Below are positions 35,900 to 38,619 of a stretch of 38,619 bases of DNA, piece by piece; within the stretch, counting starts at the first letter, position 1, and the number at the start of each line of letters is the position of its first letter. Where the stretch lies: positions 1-38,619 of the IMG/VR virus record IMGVR_UViG_3300049859_000058, one strand, 5' to 3'. Source of the stretch: a virus (lineage: Duplodnaviria; Caudoviricetes). The notes below the pieces were generated by a model. That model worked only from the letters and a program-made list of their open reading frames with translations, had not been told where the DNA came from and searched no databases. A program made the translations under genes and the position numbers.

Positions 35900-35999
35900 G
35901 CCGGGCCTCCGATGCCTCCGGCTGCGGTGGACGCGCTACCCCTAACGCAATCCACAGGAGGCGCTCGCCCTTACGGGTGGAGCCGACCCGGCTGTCGGC
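35900..35999 (-). ncRNA. Candidate structured RNA (three-way junction)
   Basis: On the minus strand: P1 GCCGGGUC/GGCCCGGC; P2 GCUC..CCC-GUAA-GGG.GAGC (GNRA loop); P3 GCCUCC/GGAGGC enclosing GUGGA/UCCAC and UGCGUUA-GGGG-UAGCGCG; G-U pairs favour this strand. Confidence 0.6.
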
Positions 36000-36002
36000 A
36001 GG

Positions 36003-36233
36003 TTAGGTCAGGGGTGTGATGCGTGAGTCAGGCCAGCGGTTCTGGGCGTAGCAGACGGCCAGGCGTTCTGACTCGGCGTGCAGCGTAACGATCAGCGCCG
36101 CACCACGGCGGGGCTGCACCCGCAGGCGGTAGGGGCGGGCCGCGGCGGCATCGCTGGGGCGGCTGATGCCGGGGCCGTGCAGGGCGCCGTCTGGATCATC
36201 GGCCCAGGTGTGGGCCACGAGGCGGTCAGTCAT
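36003..36233 (-). CDS. Hypothetical phage protein
   Basis: ATGA coupling; G.GISRP...Y.L.V......AES...A..YA.NRWP. Confidence 0.7.
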   Translation of the reverse strand: MTDRLVAHTWADDPDGALHGPGISRPSDAAAARPYRLRVQPRRGAALIVTLHAESERLAVCYAQNRWPDSRITPLT

Positions 36234-36571
36234 GGGTGGGTGATGCGCACGGTGGCGATGCCGTCCAGGGGCACGCCCAGGCGGTGGGCAGCACCGGCGC
36301 TGAGGTCCAGGCTGCTGCAGTCGCAGCGGTCGGTGACGCGCACGGTGAGGGTGCGGCCCTGGTGGCTGACGCGCACCGGGGTGCCGCATGGCAGCCAGGG
36401 GTGGGCGGCGCTCACGCCCCAGTGCTGGTAGGTGGTGCCGCACGCCGTGGTGCGGCCGTGATACCAGCCGTCGTAAACAGTGGCGGTGACCGGTCGGCCG
36501 TGGCCGGTGCCGTGGTGGGCCAGGGCCGGGCCCTGCAGCAGCAGGGCGGCGGCGAGTGCGTGGCGGATCAT
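36230..36571 (-). CDS. RlpA-like double-psi beta-barrel protein with signal peptide
   Basis: ATVY...YHGRTTACG..Y.....SAAHP.LP.GT.VRV......V.VTDR.....LDLS..AA..LG. Confidence 0.85.
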   Translation of the reverse strand: MIRHALAAALLLQGPALAHHGTGHGRPVTATVYDGWYHGRTTACGTTYQHWGVSAAHPWLPCGTPVRVSHQGRTLTVRVTDRCDCSSLDLSAGAAHRLGVPLDGIATVRITHP

Positions 36572-36756
36572 GCGGCGGTCCAGCGGCGCACGGTGGTGCG
36601 GCTCACGCCGAGGCGGTCGGCGATGGCCCGCTGGGTCATGCCTGCGCGGCGCCAGCGGCGGGCCTTGGCCTTGCGGTCCTCGGTGGCCCAGAGGATCACG
36701 CCCAGCACGATCAGCAGGGGCACCATCAGGGCCCAGAGGATCAGGGAGGTGGTCAT
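36568..36756 (-). CDS. Membrane-anchored HTH protein
   Basis: TM segment LILWALMVPLLIVLGVILW plus HTH GMTQRAIADRLGVSRTTVRRW. Confidence 0.78.
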   Translation of the reverse strand: MTTSLILWALMVPLLIVLGVILWATEDRKAKARRWRRAGMTQRAIADRLGVSRTTVRRWTAA

Positions 36757-36766
36757 GGTTTCAGGT

Positions 36767-36852
36767 GGGGTAGGTGGTGGGCGTCGCCGCCCGTGGTGAG
36801 AGTCTGCGGGAGGGCCCTGGCCGGAGCGTGGGCCCTGTTGCAATCGTTCACA
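36767..36852 (-). promoter_or_regulatory. Repeated promoter/leader cassette, copy B
   Basis: TGTGAACGATTGCAACA...CAGACT-N8-GGGCG-GCGA-CGCCC-ACCACCTACCCC, then 10 nt to ATG. Confidence 0.85.
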
Positions 36853-36853
36853 C

Positions 36854-37117
36854 TCAGGCGAACTGCATGTCCATGCTGCTGTCGCGCTGGTCAGCGCCCA
36901 CCAGCCAGCCGTGGAAATTGGCCAGCTCGTAGCGGGTGCCTTCGCGGATGGTGGCGCGGGCAGCCTTGTAGGCGTGGGGCAGCGTGGCGTGCTCGAACCA
37001 GACGCACTTCGCCGTGCGCTTGATGCAGGTCACAGGGAAGTGGCCGTGGGCGCAGGCCAGGCTGCCGTAGTAGGTCTCGCCAACCTGGAAGCGGGCGATC
37101 TCGGTGGTGGTGGTCAT
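36854..37117 (-). CDS. Hypothetical phage protein
   Basis: MTTTTEIARFQVGETYYGSLAC...IKRTAKCVW; starts directly after cassette C. Confidence 0.75.
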   Translation of the reverse strand: MTTTTEIARFQVGETYYGSLACAHGHFPVTCIKRTAKCVWFEHATLPHAYKAARATIREGTRYELANFHGWLVGADQRDSSMDMQFA

Positions 37118-37125
37118 GCCTTGGT

Positions 37126-37214
37126 GGGGTAGGTGTGCAGGGCGTCGCCGCCCATGTCCGAAGGATGCTCTCGGGGCCTGCCTGCAGGCGAGGCCCCTGT
37201 AACACTCGTTCACA
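37126..37214 (-). promoter_or_regulatory. Repeated promoter/leader cassette, copy C
   Basis: TGTGAACGAGTGTTACA...CATCCT-N8-GGGCG-GCGA-CGCCC-TGCACACCTACCCC, then 8 nt to ATG. Confidence 0.85.
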
Positions 37215-37509
37215 CGCCCACAGGCGCGGCCACCAGCTCCAGGCGCTCCAGGGTTTTGTAGATCGGGGCGCGGTCGGCATCGAAGCCCACCAGCACCTGG
37301 CAGCCAGGGGTGTCGCCCTTGCGGAACTGGGCCATCTGCTTCTCGGCCAGGTCGGGGCGGCCGCACCAGCCGGTGCAGTGCCAGCCGGTGCTGCTGCCGT
37401 CGGTGTAGGTGAGCTTGCGGGCCACCACGTGGGTGTAGGTGCGGGCGGTGCGGCGGGTCACCACTTCGCCGCTGGGCAGGGTGGCGGTGAGCTTGCGGGT
37501 GCTGGCCAT
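37210..37509 (-). CDS. Hypothetical phage protein
   Basis: MASTRKLTATLPSGEVVTRRTARTYTHVV...WCGRPDLA; starts directly after cassette D. Confidence 0.75.
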   Translation of the reverse strand: MASTRKLTATLPSGEVVTRRTARTYTHVVARKLTYTDGSSTGWHCTGWCGRPDLAEKQMAQFRKGDTPGCQVLVGFDADRAPIYKTLERLELVAAPVGV

Positions 37510-37518
37510 TGTTCGGTC

Positions 37519-37604
37519 GGGGTAGGTGTGGGGGTCGCCCCCCGTGACATGAAGATGGCAGAGCGGCCCGCCGGTGAGCGAGCCGCTCGTAACACCATTT
37601 CACA
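37519..37604 (-). promoter_or_regulatory. Repeated promoter/leader cassette, copy D
   Basis: TGTGAAATGGTGTTACG...CATCTT-N8-GGGGG-GCGA-CCCCC-ACACCTACCCC, then 9 nt to ATG. Confidence 0.82.
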
Positions 37605-37609
37605 GACCA

Positions 37610-37924
37610 TCAGGGGTGCGGCCAGGTCTCCGGCGTCATCAGGCGGTAGGGCACTGGCTGGCCGTTCCAGGGGCGCCACTTCCTATCCCACCTGGCGCGG
37701 CCCCACTGGGCGAATTCGCTGGTGTCGTCCTGCAGCACCTTGGTCTTCCATAAGTCGAACTCCTCGGGCGTGCCTGGCTCCTCCACCACCACGTTCTCGC
37801 TGTTGCGGTAGGTCTTGGTCGTCATGCACCGCAGCCAGATGAATGCCGCGGTGCGCTTTTCGATCCGGTAGAAGCCGCCGGGCGAAACGGCGTAGCCCCC
37901 CACCACGAAACGGGTGTCGATCAT
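37610..37924 (-). CDS. Hypothetical phage protein
   Basis: MIDTRFVVGGY...FYRIEKRTAAFIWL; GAGG RBS before ATG 37924. Confidence 0.7.
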   Translation of the reverse strand: MIDTRFVVGGYAVSPGGFYRIEKRTAAFIWLRCMTTKTYRNSENVVVEEPGTPEEFDLWKTKVLQDDTSEFAQWGRARWDRKWRPWNGQPVPYRLMTPETWPHP

Positions 37925-37934
37925 GGCCGCCACC

Positions 37935-38519
37935 TCAGGCCGCCAGCTGGTGGGCCAGCTGCTCCTGGTACTCCAGCCCCTTGCGCACGTTGAAGCTGAT
38001 CTTCATCAGCACCTGCGTCCAGCTCAGGCGCTTGGCGTCCAGGTAGCCGCGCACCACCTCGCTGCGCTCCACCAGGGCCAGGGTGTTCAGCTGGCTGTAG
38101 ATGCGCGTCGCGCTCACGCCCAGCTGCTCCACAGCTGCCTGGCGGCCGTAGTTCTCCACCACCTGGCGCAGCAGCTGCGCACGCTCCACGCCGTTGGGCA
38201 TGGTGCGGAAGGCCACCACCAGCTCGGTGGGCACCGGCTGGCCAGCCATGGGGGCAACGGCCCGGGGCTTGCGGGGCGCCTTGGCCTTGCGCTCCTTGGC
38301 AGGGGCAGCCTCGGCGGCAGGGGCCTGGGTGGCGGCGGCCTTGGCGGCCTTGGCCTCCTCCAGGCGCTCCTGCAGGAACTCGGTGGCAGCGGCCACGGTG
38401 GTGGCCTTGCCCACAACCTCCTCGCCGCGGGTGAACACGTAACGGCCGCCGGGGGTCTTGGTCACGGTGAGGCCCAGGGCTTCCGCAACCTGGGCCAGCT
38501 TGGCGAACTGCTCGGACAT
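37935..38519 (-). CDS. Protein with C-terminal Spo0J/KorB-like HTH
   Basis: AAAGGAG RBS; Ala/Lys/Pro linker, then NGVERAQLLRQVVENYGRQAAVEQLGVSATRIYSQLNTLAL...V..YL....LS. Confidence 0.6.
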   Translation of the reverse strand: MSEQFAKLAQVAEALGLTVTKTPGGRYVFTRGEEVVGKATTVAAATEFLQERLEEAKAAKAAATQAPAAEAAPAKERKAKAPRKPRAVAPMAGQPVPTELVVAFRTMPNGVERAQLLRQVVENYGRQAAVEQLGVSATRIYSQLNTLALVERSEVVRGYLDAKRLSWTQVLMKISFNVRKGLEYQEQLAHQLAA

Positions 38520-38533
38520 GGTCTTGCTCCTTT

Positions 38534-38615
38534 GGGGTAACGGGGCATCGCTGCCCACCCCCGAATCGAAACCCTCGACCAGCCGTCAGAGCAATCCTCT
38601 TTACAGTCGTTCACG
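38534..38615 (-). promoter_or_regulatory. Repeated promoter/leader cassette, copy E
   Basis: CGTGAACGACTGTAAAG...TTCGAT-N8-GGGCA-GCGA-TGCCC-CGTTACCCC-AAAGGAG..ATG. Confidence 0.78.
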
Positions 38616-38619
38616 GAAC

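Larger units (their letters stand above)
1..38619. mobile_element. Temperate phage genome segment (lambda-like head, P2-like contractile tail, integrase and attP)
   Basis: Continuous run of terminase, portal, capsid, baseplate, sheath, tube, tape measure, lysis, integrase and accessory genes; no host housekeeping operon seen. Confidence 0.97.

Noticed and set aside
35900-35999. Hammerhead or other self-cleaving ribozyme
   Set aside because: No CUGAnGA/GAAA core or other ribozyme consensus that I could recognise on either strand
34983-38615. CRISPR array or integron attC cassettes
   Set aside because: Repeats are degenerate, separated by whole genes and sit 5' of start codons; no cas or integron integrase genes and no attC R''/R' architecture

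Overview
The window is a contiguous piece of a high-GC temperate tailed phage genome with a contractile tail. Gene content resembles picocyanobacterial phages, but that host call is my inference. From left to right: (1) a ParB-N/Mom DNA-modification locus followed by two apparently decayed enzyme genes; (2) lambda-type packaging and head genes (small and large terminase, gpW, portal, protease-capsid fusion); (3) a P2-type baseplate and tail, including an extended gpV spike, a DUF4815-like protein, variable fibre genes and a gpE/E' -1 frameshift; (4) a lysis region with two hydrolases and a displaced PAAR gene; (5) a tyrosine integrase with an apparently intact attP (3' part of tRNA-fMet plus arm repeats); (6) a minus-strand accessory arm with dcd, thyX, ssb, HNH genes, an RlpA-like gene and many small ORFs. 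The most novel signal is in that arm. Five intergenic cassettes share a 17-bp box, a weak -10, a covarying GCGA-tetraloop hairpin and a (C/U)UACCCC box at the Shine-Dalgarno position. An intergenic three-way-junction RNA at 35900-35999 carries the complement (GGGGUAG) at a hairpin apex, suggesting an antisense-RNA regulon. All protein calls come from motif recognition by eye; no searches were run.
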